NCBI GenBank assembly: GCA_026932235.1
Contig: JAIXKR010000162.1
Location: 115,356 to 179,355 of the forward strand
Length of the DNA stretch: 64,000 nucleotides
Source: Burkholderiales bacterium
Lineage (GTDB): Bacteria; Pseudomonadota; Gammaproteobacteria; Burkholderiales; Burkholderiaceae_C
Direction of reading: 5' to 3'
Shown: positions 34,498 through 46,730 of the stretch, one piece after another
Layout of the letters: every line of letters starts with the position of its first letter
Numbering within the stretch: the first letter of the stretch is position 1
The notes under the pieces: generated by a model
Databases searched by the model: none
What the model was told of the DNA's origin: nothing
The model's input: the letters and a program-made list of their open reading frames with translations, nothing else
Program-made: the position numbers and the translations under genes

Positions 34498-36978
34498 CTA
34501 CGCCATTGACACGCCGCGATCGACATCGCACGCATCCGCCTTCAGCGCGTCGACGTCGATCACGGCATCCGCCATCGCCGTCAGCTCGGGCGTCTGCGAG
34601 ATGAAGTACTCACGCTCATAGCCACCCAGGCGCAGGACTTCCCTCTTCATCGCCATGAACATGCGCTTGCGCTGCGGATCCAGCGCGCCGTCCGCCTCGT
34701 CGGTGAACAGGGTCGTGTATCGGCGTCCCGTGTTTCGGGCCAGGTACAGCGCGATCGCCCGGGTCAGGCAAAGCTCCACCAACGTCCGCTCGCCCCCGCT
34801 CATCATGCCGACGCTCTTGCTGTCGCCGGTATCGCCGTCGTGGACGACGATGTCGAAGCCCTCCTTCTGCTCGCCCTTGGCCGTCTCCAGCAAGGTTCGG
34901 ATGGACACCGTGAAGCGCGGCCCGTAGCAGGCCAGCAGCAGGTCATTTGCCAGCGCCGACAGCGCAGGTCCCGCATCGTCGATCGCCAGAGCGATCAGCC
35001 CGTCATTGCTCATGCAACGGGCGAAGAGGTTCCAGTTGCCCAGCTCATCCTCGACTCGAGCGCAGCGCGCGCGCAGGCTTTCGCGGCGTTCGCCCAGCCG
35101 GGCCGACTGCTTGGAGACCTCCTCGAGCTGCTGCGACTCACGCACCGCGGTGAGCATTGCCCGCTCCGCCGCAGCGAGGGCCTCCTTCGCGGCACCCAGC
35201 GCACGGGCTGCGCGCGCGGCTTGCTGCTCGTCGAAGGCGGGCGGCAGCGTTGCGAGCGCCTGATCCAGGCGCGCCAGCGCCGCTTCGGTCTGCCTGGCCT
35301 GCTGACCTCGTTGCGCCTCGATCGCCTTTCGTGCCGCCGCGATCTGTTGGCGCTCCGCACGTTCGTCGATGGTCTCGGCAGCGGCGCCCTCACTCGCCTG
35401 CAGCCCCAGCGCCTGAAGTTCCTGCTCGATCTCGACCAGGGTCGCCTGCGCCTGCGCGCACGCCTGGGCCTTCGAACGCACGACCGACAAGCGGTTCGCC
35501 CGCTCGCGTGCGACGGCCTCGCGGACCTCGGCCCGCGCCAGGGCGTGCGGCGCGCCGGCCAGTGCCCCGCAACGCCGGCGGGCATCGATAAGTTCCCGCT
35601 GGACCTCGGACTTCTCGCTCACCAGACGGGCGACCTGGGCCTGGGCGTTGGGGATCAGCGTCTGCGCCTCGCGCGCGTCAGCGAGCAACTTGCAACGTCC
35701 CTGCAGGTCCGTGCCGGCGCAGGGCACCTCGCCGGTCAGTCCAAACCGGCGCGCGAGTTCCTCGGCCTTCAGCGCAGCCCGACCCGCATCCCGTTCGATG
35801 GCGGCGGCGCGCTGCTCCGCGAGGCGCACCGCGCCTTGGCACTGCGTCAGCTGATGGACCTGCTCGCGGCAGGCGAGCGTGCGTGCGCCAAGCAGCGCCT
35901 GCACACGTTGCGCCAGCGGCAGGCGCCTTTCGGCGCGACGCACCGCGCCGGCCTCGGCGAGCGCCGCAAGGCATCGCTGCCGGGATTGGGTCAAGGCCTG
36001 GCGCCGCGAACGTTCCTGCTGCAGCCGATTGGCGACCCGCTGATCGAGGCGCTCCAGCCGCTGGTGCTCGGCCCGTTCCTGAACATCGAGCGCGCTCTGC
36101 GCTTGTGCCGCGCCTGCCAGGTTGGATTGCCGTTCGGCCATGAGCTGTGCCCGCCGGGCATCGGTGGCTCGCGACTGCTCGCGTTCGACCACCACGCGGG
36201 CATGCCCCGTCTGGGCGGCCTCCAGGGCAGACTGCGTTGACCTCTTCGCGCGATCGGCCGCCGACACGCGATCGCCGGCGCCGTCGAGTTTTCGGCGCGC
36301 CGCCTCGAGGTGCTGATCCTCCGCGTCGACCGCGGCGAGTTCCTGACGCAGTGTTGCCAGCCCAGCTTTCAGCAGGCGGGCGGTCTCCGCTGCCTTCTGG
36401 CCCAGCGCCTGGATCTCCTCCTGCCCCAGCAGGTCGGCCAACAACGTCTTGATCTCGGCGTTGCGATAGGTGCTGAGCTGGCGCTTGCCCTGGGCTGCGA
36501 ACACGGAGGTGAAGAAGGTTTCTGCACTGCCGCAGATGCTCTCCACACAGCGCGTGTACGTCTCGACCCGGCCATCCGAGATGGTCCCATCCTCGAGCGT
36601 CACGGGGGACCAGCGTCCGCCATCATCGAGCATGTGCAGGAACGCCTCTGTGCGTCGCCGGCCACTGACTCGGATGACGATCTGCGAGCGGTAGCAGCGC
36701 CCTTCGTGCGCCCAGGTCAGGTCCTTCAGGCTCTCCGGCAGATAGACGTGCTCGTAGTACGAGAAGCCGCCGGTTGCCGGCATCGAGGCACGACTTTGAA
36801 GGCCGAGATATGGCACGAGATTGTCCATGATCGTGCTCTTGCCGCTGCCGTTCGGGCCCGCGATGGCGATCAGTTCTGCACCGTCGGCAAGGCGCTCCAG
36901 GTCAAGCGTGATCTCGTCGAGACCCAGGCCGTCGCGGATGCCGCGGAAGCCCTTGAGGGTGAGTCGGAGTGGCTGCAT
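34498..36978 (-). CDS. Intact SbcC/Rad50-like ATPase (element-borne replacement copy)
   Basis: GPNGSGKS Walker A, FAAQG Q-loop, VPC-x8-C hook, MSGGE and LFTDEADGALD; colinear with the interrupted copy. Confidence 0.92.
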   Translation of the reverse strand: MQPLRLTLKGFRGIRDGLGLDEITLDLERLADGAELIAIAGPNGSGKSTIMDNLVPYLGLQSRASMPATGGFSYYEHVYLPESLKDLTWAHEGRCYRSQIVIRVSGRRRTEAFLHMLDDGGRWSPVTLEDGTISDGRVETYTRCVESICGSAETFFTSVFAAQGKRQLSTYRNAEIKTLLADLLGQEEIQALGQKAAETARLLKAGLATLRQELAAVDAEDQHLEAARRKLDGAGDRVSAADRAKRSTQSALEAAQTGHARVVVEREQSRATDARRAQLMAERQSNLAGAAQAQSALDVQERAEHQRLERLDQRVANRLQQERSRRQALTQSRQRCLAALAEAGAVRRAERRLPLAQRVQALLGARTLACREQVHQLTQCQGAVRLAEQRAAAIERDAGRAALKAEELARRFGLTGEVPCAGTDLQGRCKLLADAREAQTLIPNAQAQVARLVSEKSEVQRELIDARRRCGALAGAPHALARAEVREAVARERANRLSVVRSKAQACAQAQATLVEIEQELQALGLQASEGAAAETIDERAERQQIAAARKAIEAQRGQQARQTEAALARLDQALATLPPAFDEQQAARAARALGAAKEALAAAERAMLTAVRESQQLEEVSKQSARLGERRESLRARCARVEDELGNWNLFARCMSNDGLIALAIDDAGPALSALANDLLLACYGPRFTVSIRTLLETAKGEQKEGFDIVVHDGDTGDSKSVGMMSGGERTLVELCLTRAIALYLARNTGRRYTTLFTDEADGALDPQRKRMFMAMKREVLRLGGYEREYFISQTPELTAMADAVIDVDALKADACDVDRGVSMA

Positions 36979-37116
36979 GGCATGCCTCGGAGTTGGTCTC
37001 CGATCAGGCTCGCATGGCCGGCGACGCTTTCAACGGTCGTCAGTCGCGACCGTTCACACGCTTGGCCGCAAGGCGGCGATGCGCCGCGCAGTTCCCTGTT
37101 CAAGTCCAGCTGAAGC

Positions 37117-39247
<2,131 letters not shown>

Positions 39248-39272
39248 GATGGCCTCCTCGATCGCTGCGGCG

Positions 39273-39545
39273 TCAGCGCTTGACGGTGGACGGATAGCCC
39301 GCGTTCTCGGTCGCCTGGGTCAGCTTCTGCACGCTGGCCTTAGCGTCATCGAAGGTCACGACGGCCTGGCGCTTCTCGTAGCTCACGTCGACTTTGCTCA
39401 CGCCCTCGACCTTCGAGATCGCCTTCTTCACGGTAATCGGGCACGCCGCACAGGTCATGCCCGGCACGTCCAGCGTCACGGTCTGCGACGCCGCCTGGAC
39501 GGCGGCCGCGCCGGACAGGGCGAGGACGGCGATCAGCTTCTTCAT
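39273..39545 (-). CDS. merP: Periplasmic mercury-binding protein
   Basis: Signal peptide followed by GMTCAACPITVKKA. Confidence 0.97.
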   Translation of the reverse strand: MKKLIAVLALSGAAAVQAASQTVTLDVPGMTCAACPITVKKAISKVEGVSKVDVSYEKRQAVVTFDDAKASVQKLTQATENAGYPSTVKR

Positions 39546-39558
39546 GGAGCACTCCTGG

Positions 39559-39909
39559 TCAATAGAACAGCGGAAGGACGAAGGGGTAAGCAAGCGCGAT
39601 CAGCACCAGCACGGCCACCATCCAGAAGACGGCCTTGTAGGTGGACCGCACCTCAGGGATCGCGCACACCTCGCCCGGCTTGCACTGCTGAGCAGGCCGA
39701 TAGATGCGGCGCCACGCGAAGCCCATGGCGACGAGCGCCACGCCGATGAACAACGGCCGATAGGGCTCCAGCGCCGTGAGGTTGCCGATCCACGCACCGC
39801 TGAAGCCCAGGGTCACCAGCACCAACGGGCCCAGGCAGCACGCGGAAGCCAGGATCGCGGCCAGTCCGCCGCCGACGAGCGCGCCGCGCCCGGTCTGCGA
39901 TTCCGTCAT
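39559..39909 (-). CDS. merT: Mercury transporter MerT
   Basis: [13 protein letters not shown]; [10 protein letters not shown]. Confidence 0.97.
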   Translation of the reverse strand: MTESQTGRGALVGGGLAAILASACCLGPLVLVTLGFSGAWIGNLTALEPYRPLFIGVALVAMGFAWRRIYRPAQQCKPGEVCAIPEVRSTYKAVFWMVAVLVLIALAYPFVLPLFY

Positions 39910-39941
39910 GCACTTTCCTCGGTCGGAGAGACGATGGCGTA

Positions 39942-39972
39942 AGCTTATTTCCGTACTCATGTACGGAGTCAA
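39942..39972 (-). promoter_or_regulatory. mer operator/promoter (PmerT)
   Basis: TTGACT, 19 bp, TAAGCT with the TCCGTAC-ATGA-GTACGGA dyad. Confidence 0.95.
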
Positions 39973-39977
39973 GCGGC

Positions 39978-40385
39978 ATGGACAGCGATCAGCAGGGACT
40001 GACGATTGGGGCCGTCGCCAAGGCGGCCGGGGTCAACGTGGAGACGGTGCGCTTCTACCAGCGCCGCGCGCTGCTGCCCGAACCCGACAAGCCCTACGGC
40101 CGCATTCGGCGCTATGAGGCGAAGGACGTCGCACGGGTGCGGTTCGTGAAGGCCGCACAGCGCCTGGGCTTCAGCCTCGACGAGGTTGCGGGCTTGCTGA
40201 GACTGGACGACGGCACGCACTGTGACGAGGCGAGAAAGCTCGCTGAAGCAAAGCTCGCTGACGTGCGCCAGAAGCTGAAGGATCTGCGGCGGATCGAGTC
40301 GGCGCTGGCTGGCCTCGTTCGCGACTGCTGCACGAGGCGGGGCAAGCTTTCATGCCCATTGATTGCCACCCTGCAGCGGCAGTGA
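39978..40385 (+). CDS. merR: Hg(II)-responsive regulator
   Basis: [22 protein letters not shown]; GTHC...DCC...SCPLI. Confidence 0.97.
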   Translation: MDSDQQGLTIGAVAKAAGVNVETVRFYQRRALLPEPDKPYGRIRRYEAKDVARVRFVKAAQRLGFSLDEVAGLLRLDDGTHCDEARKLAEAKLADVRQKLKDLRRIESALAGLVRDCCTRRGKLSCPLIATLQRQ

Positions 40386-40430
40386 GACGCCGCGTCTTGG
40401 CCCACTGTTGACACAGTGAATTCAACATAA

Positions 40431-40598
40431 GGGATGCAGGTTGTCCATGACGGTGGTCTTGCCGCGTCCGTTGGCGCCCGCGATCGCGACGAGCGCGGCA
40501 CCGGGGGCCCGGCGCTCGAAGTCCAGTTCCAGGGTGTCCCGCCCCATGCCGTCGCGGATGCCGCGAAAGCCCTTGAGCGTCAGCGAATGGACTCTCAT
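40431..40598 (-). pseudogene. 5' part (Walker A) of the interrupted SbcC-like ATPase
   Basis: ATGA-coupled to the SbcD-like stop; MRVHSLTLKGFRGIRDG...AGANGRGKTTVMDNLHP, then the element IR. Confidence 0.9.
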
Positions 40599-41944
40599 GC
40601 AGGTGCTCCTTGTGAAACGTCTATGCAGTCTCCCGCGAGTTCCACCTCCTTCAAGTCACTCGCCGCCTCGCCGTCGGGACCCTGTGCATCGATAGTCGCC
40701 GCCTCCTGCTCGGCCAGCGCATCGTCCACGATCCGCTGCGTCTCGCACGCCGCGAGGTCGTCGAGACACGACCACAGCGGCTCGGGTCGCGCCCCAACCA
40801 CGCCGGCCCAGGCAGCCACCTTGTCCCGCATCGCGCCGGCCTGGCCGATGCCGCCGGAGCGCACGCGCACCACCGGCAGGATGCGCCCCTCGAACTGCAC
40901 GCCGGCGGCGCCAGCCAGCAGTTCGCGCATGGCGGCACGGTCGACGCCGTTGCGCTCTTCTTCGGGAACGCTCCAGCGCAGGCGCACCCAGGCTCCCTCG
41001 ACCGGCTGCGCCACCAGCGCGGCGCGCAGCGCGCCGAGGTCGGGCTTGCCGTCGAAGCAGATGTCGACCGTGCGGCGCGCCGGAGTCGCTTCCAGGCGGC
41101 AAGTAGCGGAGTCCGAGCCGACCTGCCAGAGCAGGAAGCCTTTGTCACCGGCCTCGCCGTGATGGAACCGGCCGATCGACCCAGGGTAGGCAATGCAGCG
41201 CCGGCCATCGCCGTCGTCGCGTTCCCAGCACTGGTGGCGGTGGATGTGCCCCAGCAGGACCGCCTGCGCACCCGCGTCGAACAAACTGCCGGTCGTGAAC
41301 TCGTGATCGAAGCCGGCCATCGGCACGCCGTGCTCCGTGGTGCAGCCGAACACCGTGCCATGAGACACGAGCAAGGTTGGCAGGCCGAGCTGACGTGCCG
41401 TCGCGTGGCTCGGCGCCAGACCGCGCAGCAGTGCCGAGACATGCTCGCCGGTCGCGCCGGCGGCGTCGGCGGCCCCGACGGCCGCAGCGATCGCCGCGCG
41501 GTTGACCGAAGGCAGGCATGAGAAGAGCGCCACCGGCCCCTCCGGCAGCGCGCCGAAACTCCATCCCGGCGATACGACCCACTCGCCCGCGGCGGTCAAG
41601 CCCACCTGCCCGATCCGGTCCGCCACATGCAAGGCATGGCGCCCGCCCAGTTCCCGGAACACCGACAGCGTGCCCGGCGGCTCGTGCGACCAGGTGCCTT
41701 GGAGCATGAGCACGGGGCAGTGATCCGCCAGCCATCGAACGCGCGACACAAGCGCCACCGCCGACGGCGAGTGCAGATGGAGCGCGTGGTCGGTGCTGTC
41801 ACCGGAGATCACCGCCACATCGACGCCGGCGTCAACAGCGCGCTCGATCGCCGCGCCGAAGCACCGATCGGCCTCGGCCAGGTTGCGCGGCCCGTAGTGC
41901 AGGTCGGAGAAATGCGCGACCCGCAGCGCCGAGCGCGTGGTCAT
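40595..41944 (-). CDS. SbcD/Mre11-like metallophosphoesterase
   Basis: HFSDLH, SGDSTD, QGTWSHE, SHG, LGHIH and YPGS motifs. Confidence 0.88.
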   Translation of the reverse strand: MTTRSALRVAHFSDLHYGPRNLAEADRCFGAAIERAVDAGVDVAVISGDSTDHALHLHSPSAVALVSRVRWLADHCPVLMLQGTWSHEPPGTLSVFRELGGRHALHVADRIGQVGLTAAGEWVVSPGWSFGALPEGPVALFSCLPSVNRAAIAAAVGAADAAGATGEHVSALLRGLAPSHATARQLGLPTLLVSHGTVFGCTTEHGVPMAGFDHEFTTGSLFDAGAQAVLLGHIHRHQCWERDDGDGRRCIAYPGSIGRFHHGEAGDKGFLLWQVGSDSATCRLEATPARRTVDICFDGKPDLGALRAALVAQPVEGAWVRLRWSVPEEERNGVDRAAMRELLAGAAGVQFEGRILPVVRVRSGGIGQAGAMRDKVAAWAGVVGARPEPLWSCLDDLAACETQRIVDDALAEQEAATIDAQGPDGEAASDLKEVELAGDCIDVSQGAPA

Positions 41945-43209
41945 CGCGCCTCCCGCAGCGCGGCTGCGACCTTGTCCGCGTAGCCCGGCGCGTCGTTGCG
42001 GTGGCGGTCCAGTTCGTCCCACACCCGGCGCCGGCCCTGCGGGTTGAGCTTCCAGCCCGGCCCCCAGCGCTGCGCTGCGTAGGCCTCGAAGTCGGCTGCG
42101 GCGACACCGTGCCCCCCGGCCAGGGCCAACACCTTGTCCAGCGTCGGCTCGCCGCGAGACGGGGCCATTTCGTCGTCCGCGACCTCGGTGGCCACCACGG
42201 CAGCCCCGGCGGGCTCGCCCTCGAGCACGCCGCAGGCTGCATGGCCCTGCACGAGCACGGCCTCGTCGTCCTCGCGGTCACGCAGCAGCGCGCTCACGTC
42301 CACCGGCGCCTCAAGATCGATGATCCACTGCAGCACCCGTACCGCCCGGCCTTGCTCGTCGATATGGCTGACCTCCATCAGCCGCTTGGACAGGAAGAAC
42401 GACGTGCGCTGCCGATCAAGAAAACCCGAAATGCGCCCGCCGCGCAGGAAGGCCACGGTCTCGAACTTCTGGATCGCCGCGTTCATCGCGTAGAAGCTCG
42501 TGGTGTGCAGTTCGAATGCGCTCAACGAGCGGATGCCCGGCACGAAGAACAGGAAGCGACCGGTCAGGTTGCATTCGCGCTGCTGGTACTCGCGGCAAGC
42601 CTCGGGCTCGCACACACCGCCGTTGGCCTCGCGCATCACCGTCTTGCGCCCGCCGAACAGGCGCACCGCGCGCCGCCCCTGCGCGTCCACCGGCACCGGC
42701 GCGTGGCACATGCAGTGGCGCACGCGGCCTCCCGGCGCGTACTCCGACCAGTAGCGCTTGTCATGTGTCCCCCAGGCCGCCAACTCGTGCGGCATGACGG
42801 TCTGCCAGTGGTCCGACGGGAACACGACGGGGAAGCGGTACAGGTGCCGCCCCTCGCCGCGATCCTCGCCGTAGGCCTCGATCAGCTCACCCGCCAGCGC
42901 CGGGTTGCCGAAGTCCTGCGCGCGCACGGTGAACCAGGGCACGTTGCGCGGCACCAGCGGGTTCTTCAGCTGCGGCAAGGCTTCGGCGAGCGCCTGCTCG
43001 ATGCGGTCGAACGAGTGGCCGTCGCGCAGGCCGCGCTCGTAGATCTCGCAGGCGCGCGGTTCGCCCGCAGCGCGCTTGGTCAGCACCTTGATGCCGGCAC
43101 GGATCTTCCCGGCGGTGGGAATGCGTGCGGGCGCCTGCCCGAGCAAGGTGGCCGGGGTCGAGGGGCCGCCGTGCAAGGTGACGGTGGGCAGTGCGGATGC
43201 GGCGGTCAT
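41941..43209 (-). CDS. Conserved protein, phage Gp3-like 'recombination directionality factor' family (tentative)
   Basis: RIPTAGKIRAGIK; C-x4-C-x6-C-x3-GRFLF; FELHTTSFY. Confidence 0.6.
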   Translation of the reverse strand: MTAASALPTVTLHGGPSTPATLLGQAPARIPTAGKIRAGIKVLTKRAAGEPRACEIYERGLRDGHSFDRIEQALAEALPQLKNPLVPRNVPWFTVRAQDFGNPALAGELIEAYGEDRGEGRHLYRFPVVFPSDHWQTVMPHELAAWGTHDKRYWSEYAPGGRVRHCMCHAPVPVDAQGRRAVRLFGGRKTVMREANGGVCEPEACREYQQRECNLTGRFLFFVPGIRSLSAFELHTTSFYAMNAAIQKFETVAFLRGGRISGFLDRQRTSFFLSKRLMEVSHIDEQGRAVRVLQWIIDLEAPVDVSALLRDREDDEAVLVQGHAACGVLEGEPAGAAVVATEVADDEMAPSRGEPTLDKVLALAGGHGVAAADFEAYAAQRWGPGWKLNPQGRRRVWDELDRHRNDAPGYADKVAAALREAR

Positions 43210-43280
43210 GGCGGCGCTCCTTGGCGAGGCGTGCACCGGGACATCCCGGCGAACTCATACTCTCGCGGGAACGCGCCGCT

Positions 43281-44489
43281 TCAAGTGCGCCGCGGCGCAG
43301 CCGGCGGCAGCACCGGCATCGGCTCGTCGGTGGACCACACCCACCCGCCTCCCCCCGCTCGCAGCGTGGTGGCCTTGGCCTCGCGCTCGCGTGGCGTCAT
43401 GAAGGGGCTGATGACATGCAGCGGCTGCGTCACGGCGCCCGTATCCAGCAGCAGTGCGTTGGCAAACGCGGCCGCGCAGCGCGCGTCGTAGCGCAGCGGC
43501 TTCACGAAGTGCCGCCCCGCGTCGACGAGGGCCTGCACGAACGGCAGTTCATGCACGCCTTCGACCGGGATCCACTGTTCGCTAGCCAGCAGCAGGGTCG
43601 CCGTATCGATCTCGTAGGTGTGCTCGCGCCGGGCGCGGATCAAGGCCGTGATCACCGCGCGCACACGCTGGCCATGGTCGGCGTCACGGGCTTCGAGCAC
43701 CGCCGCATACGTCCTCGCGATCCGTTCCCAGGTCTTCGCCGATGCCAGCAGCGGCGCGTCGGGCATGTGCTTCAGCCAGATCCGGTAGCCGCCCGGACGG
43801 GCCTCGGCCGCCTTGAACTCTGCCAACACGACAGCCAGCGGCGCCACACCATCGTGCGGTCGCAACACCCCTAGGCGTTCTCGGCGGCGTTGGGCCGCTT
43901 CCGCATGTGTCGCTTCGTTGAACTGCTCTGGCACGTATAGGCGCTCGCCCAGGACGACCCCCTTCGCACTCACCTGCTCGGCGGCGCGCTGCAGGTACTT
44001 GTGCAAGACACCCTGCGACCGCTTGCCGGCCATCGCCGGGGACCAGCGATTGAAGCCCGCGCGCTCGAACAGGAAGTGCGTCAATGCCCGCAGGCTCATG
44101 CGGCGCCGCGGCGCCTCGATCTCGCCTGGGTCATCGTCGGTCCGCCCGCCCGGCGCACGACCGCCGGCCTGGCGGCTCCACGCGAAGTCGACGCGCAGTT
44201 CCACCGCGCCCTCGGACTCGAGCACTGCGTCGCCGACCAGTTCGCCGAGGCCTGACTGCTGTGGCGAAGGCTCGAACGACGGGCAGGTCGGGTGGTGCTG
44301 GCTGCCGGTGTCCGGCATCCGCTTGGCCAGGTAGCGGCGGTGGAAGGCGACATACATCTCGACGCTGCCCGGCACGCACAGGCAGCGCGGTCGCTCGGGC
44401 GTTTCGTAGACGGCGGCCAACGCATCCTGGAGCGATGGGTCGTCGAGTTCCAGGATGCGGCCGCGGATCGAGAGGCGCTGCGTATCCAC
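43281..44489 (-). CDS. DUF1173-family protein
   Basis: RPRCLC...MYV...KRMPDTGSQHHPTCPSF, GFNRWSPAMAGKR and FVKPLRYD; start codon uncertain. Confidence 0.8.
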   Translation of the reverse strand: MDTQRLSIRGRILELDDPSLQDALAAVYETPERPRCLCVPGSVEMYVAFHRRYLAKRMPDTGSQHHPTCPSFEPSPQQSGLGELVGDAVLESEGAVELRVDFAWSRQAGGRAPGGRTDDDPGEIEAPRRRMSLRALTHFLFERAGFNRWSPAMAGKRSQGVLHKYLQRAAEQVSAKGVVLGERLYVPEQFNEATHAEAAQRRRERLGVLRPHDGVAPLAVVLAEFKAAEARPGGYRIWLKHMPDAPLLASAKTWERIARTYAAVLEARDADHGQRVRAVITALIRARREHTYEIDTATLLLASEQWIPVEGVHELPFVQALVDAGRHFVKPLRYDARCAAAFANALLLDTGAVTQPLHVISPFMTPREREAKATTLRAGGGGWVWSTDEPMPVLPPAAPRRT

Positions 44490-44629
44490 CGCCGCATGTT
44501 TGACCTCCCCAGACACGCAGCACACGCCGAAACGTGCCTCGTGGCGAAGCGCTATCGCCAGCACCTCGGACGCAGGGCGTGCGCTGCCGTGGATGGGGCT
44601 CGATGCCAGCACGACATCTCAACCTCAAG

Positions 44630-46612
44630 CCCATCTTCTACACCGCCTCGGAGATTCCTCTTCTAGATCAACGGCTTGCAAGCGCGGTTCGGGCGTAGTG
44701 TCACGCTGCCGAGGTCTGCGCGTTGGCGACGGGCACGGGCGCGATCACATTGGCTGCAACGTGGTAGGCAGGGCGACGCCGCAGGCGCCGAAGACGGCGC
44801 TGAGCGTGCCCTTGGTCTCGGTGCGCAGCCGGTAGGCCTTGCCCTGCACCGTCAGCTCGATCTCCTGCAGCCCGTTGAGATCGTCCAGGACGTGTGCCCA
44901 TTCGAGCTCGCCCTGTCCCTTGGCCTCGAGCCGATCCTGCAGCGCCTTGCGCAGCACCAGCGCGAGGAAGCTGCAGAACACGTGCCCGCGGATGGTGTCG
45001 TCGGTCTTGTGGAAGATCGGGCGCGTGTCGAGCTGGCTCTTCATCGTGCGGAAGATCGCCTCCACGGTCCACAGTTGCTTGTACTTCAGCGCCACGTCGC
45101 GCGCGCTGAGCTCAGTGTTCGTGCGCAGCACCCACTTGCCATCGAAGCGCGCCTCCTCAGCCACCTTGGCCTCGTCCACGCGCCAGTGGCTGCCGGTGCC
45201 GGTGACGAAGCGCCGGAAGCCGTTGTTGCCGATCAGCGTCTTGTCGCCGCGCTGCAGCGCCTGCACGAGCGCGCTGACGATGGCCAGCCGATCGTGCGCA
45301 TCCTTGATGGCCCGGTCCTCGTTGCGACACACGACGTAGCGTCGCTGCTCGACCCAGACCTCCTTGACCTGCAGCGGCGAGGGCGCCTTCGCGGCGTCGC
45401 TCTTGGCGTGCACGGTCTGGAAGCGTCCCGCGCGCGCGCGCACCTCGTCTCGGGCCTCCTTGGTGCGGCGCATGCGCACCCCGAGGATGTACAGCCAGCC
45501 ACGCGATTCGATGTCGGCGATGGTGGTGTCGCTGATCATGCCGCGGTCGGCCACGATGCACACGCGTTGGATGCCGAAGTGCGTCTGCAGCCGCTTGACC
45601 ACCGGGGCAAGGCTGGTCACGTCGGTCGTGTTGCCCGGCCACATCGTGCTGCACAGCGGGTTGCCCGCGTTGTCCAGCACCATGCCCACCACCATCTGCT
45701 TGAGGTCGGGCCGATGGTCCTTCGAGTGCCCCCGCTGGCCCAGGCTCTGGCCGCCTTCGCCCTCGAAGTAGATCGACGTGGTGTCGAAGAACACGAGCTC
45801 GACGTCGGTGAACAGATCGCGCCGGCGCGCGAACAATGCCTCCTCGATCACGTCCTTGCGCGTGCGCAGCTCGTGCCGTGCGTCGTCGCTGACCTTGGGC
45901 CTCGTGGACGCCTTGCTCGGAGCCTTGGCCGGGGTCTTGGCCTGGCCCGGCGGCGCCAAGGGTGCGCCGAGAAACCCCATCGCGCGGTACAGGTGATGCA
46001 GCGACAACGCCTCGGCCCCGGCGATGCGCTGCGAGCGCATCCAGCGCTCGGCGGCACGATCGCTGCCGCTGACGAACAGGCGGTGCAGCACCGTCATGAA
46101 CACCGCACGCTCCAGCGCGAACTCGAATCGGCGCTCGCTGAGCTGCTCGTCAAGCACCGCGCCGATGCCGCACTCCTGCCACAGCCGCTCGAAGATCAAG
46201 GCCGGGCCGATGCTGCGGGTGTGCGTGATGATGCTCTCGCCGCGGTCGTGCGCACCGAGCACGGCCAGCTTGTCGGAGAAGCGGCCCAACGAGGCCAGCA
46301 GGCTGTCGAGCTGCCCGCTGGCCTGGAGCTGATCGAGCCGACCCAGCCGATGCAGCACGCGCTGCTTGATGCACCCGTCAACGCGCTCGTTCTCTACGAG
46401 CAGCAGGTAGGTTCGTCCGCCGGTGGTCTGGGTGCGCAGGAACAAGGTCGCGTGCCATTACGTCGACGGCACGCAATGTAGAGCACATCTGACTATCAGA
46501 TCAAGCATCACGCGCCATCGGCGTGACACTACAGATCTCACGCAAACGCATCCGCTGCAAGGGAAATCAACGAGTTAGCGAGGGGTGCAGTGCGCCAACT
46601 GTAGAAGATGGG
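44630..46612 (-). mobile_element. IS1634-family insertion sequence
   Basis: IRs CCCATCTTCTACA (44630-44642) / TGTAGAAGATGGG (46600-46612); 5-bp TSD TCAAG at 44625 and 46613. Confidence 0.92.
44745..46445 (-). CDS. IS1634-family DDE transposase
   Basis: FFDTTSIYFEG, GHSKDHRPD, VADRGM and YKQLWTVEAIFRTMKS...RPIFH. Confidence 0.93.
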   Translation of the reverse strand: MFLRTQTTGGRTYLLLVENERVDGCIKQRVLHRLGRLDQLQASGQLDSLLASLGRFSDKLAVLGAHDRGESIITHTRSIGPALIFERLWQECGIGAVLDEQLSERRFEFALERAVFMTVLHRLFVSGSDRAAERWMRSQRIAGAEALSLHHLYRAMGFLGAPLAPPGQAKTPAKAPSKASTRPKVSDDARHELRTRKDVIEEALFARRRDLFTDVELVFFDTTSIYFEGEGGQSLGQRGHSKDHRPDLKQMVVGMVLDNAGNPLCSTMWPGNTTDVTSLAPVVKRLQTHFGIQRVCIVADRGMISDTTIADIESRGWLYILGVRMRRTKEARDEVRARAGRFQTVHAKSDAAKAPSPLQVKEVWVEQRRYVVCRNEDRAIKDAHDRLAIVSALVQALQRGDKTLIGNNGFRRFVTGTGSHWRVDEAKVAEEARFDGKWVLRTNTELSARDVALKYKQLWTVEAIFRTMKSQLDTRPIFHKTDDTIRGHVFCSFLALVLRKALQDRLEAKGQGELEWAHVLDDLNGLQEIELTVQGKAYRLRTETKGTLSAVFGACGVALPTTLQPM

Positions 46613-46730
46613 TCAAGGTGGCGCTACTGGCGCCCGAGCAGGCGGTGGTGTCGACGATCTACGGCAGCCGCTCGGTCCGGCCCCGCGGCTTCCTCATGTG
46701 GCGCGGAGCGATGCGCGGGTTCGGGCGAGC

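Noticed and set aside
26062-36978. Two SbcC-like genes as an assembly duplication or simple tandem paralogues
   Set aside because: The copies are clearly diverged, and one is precisely split by IR-bounded DNA.
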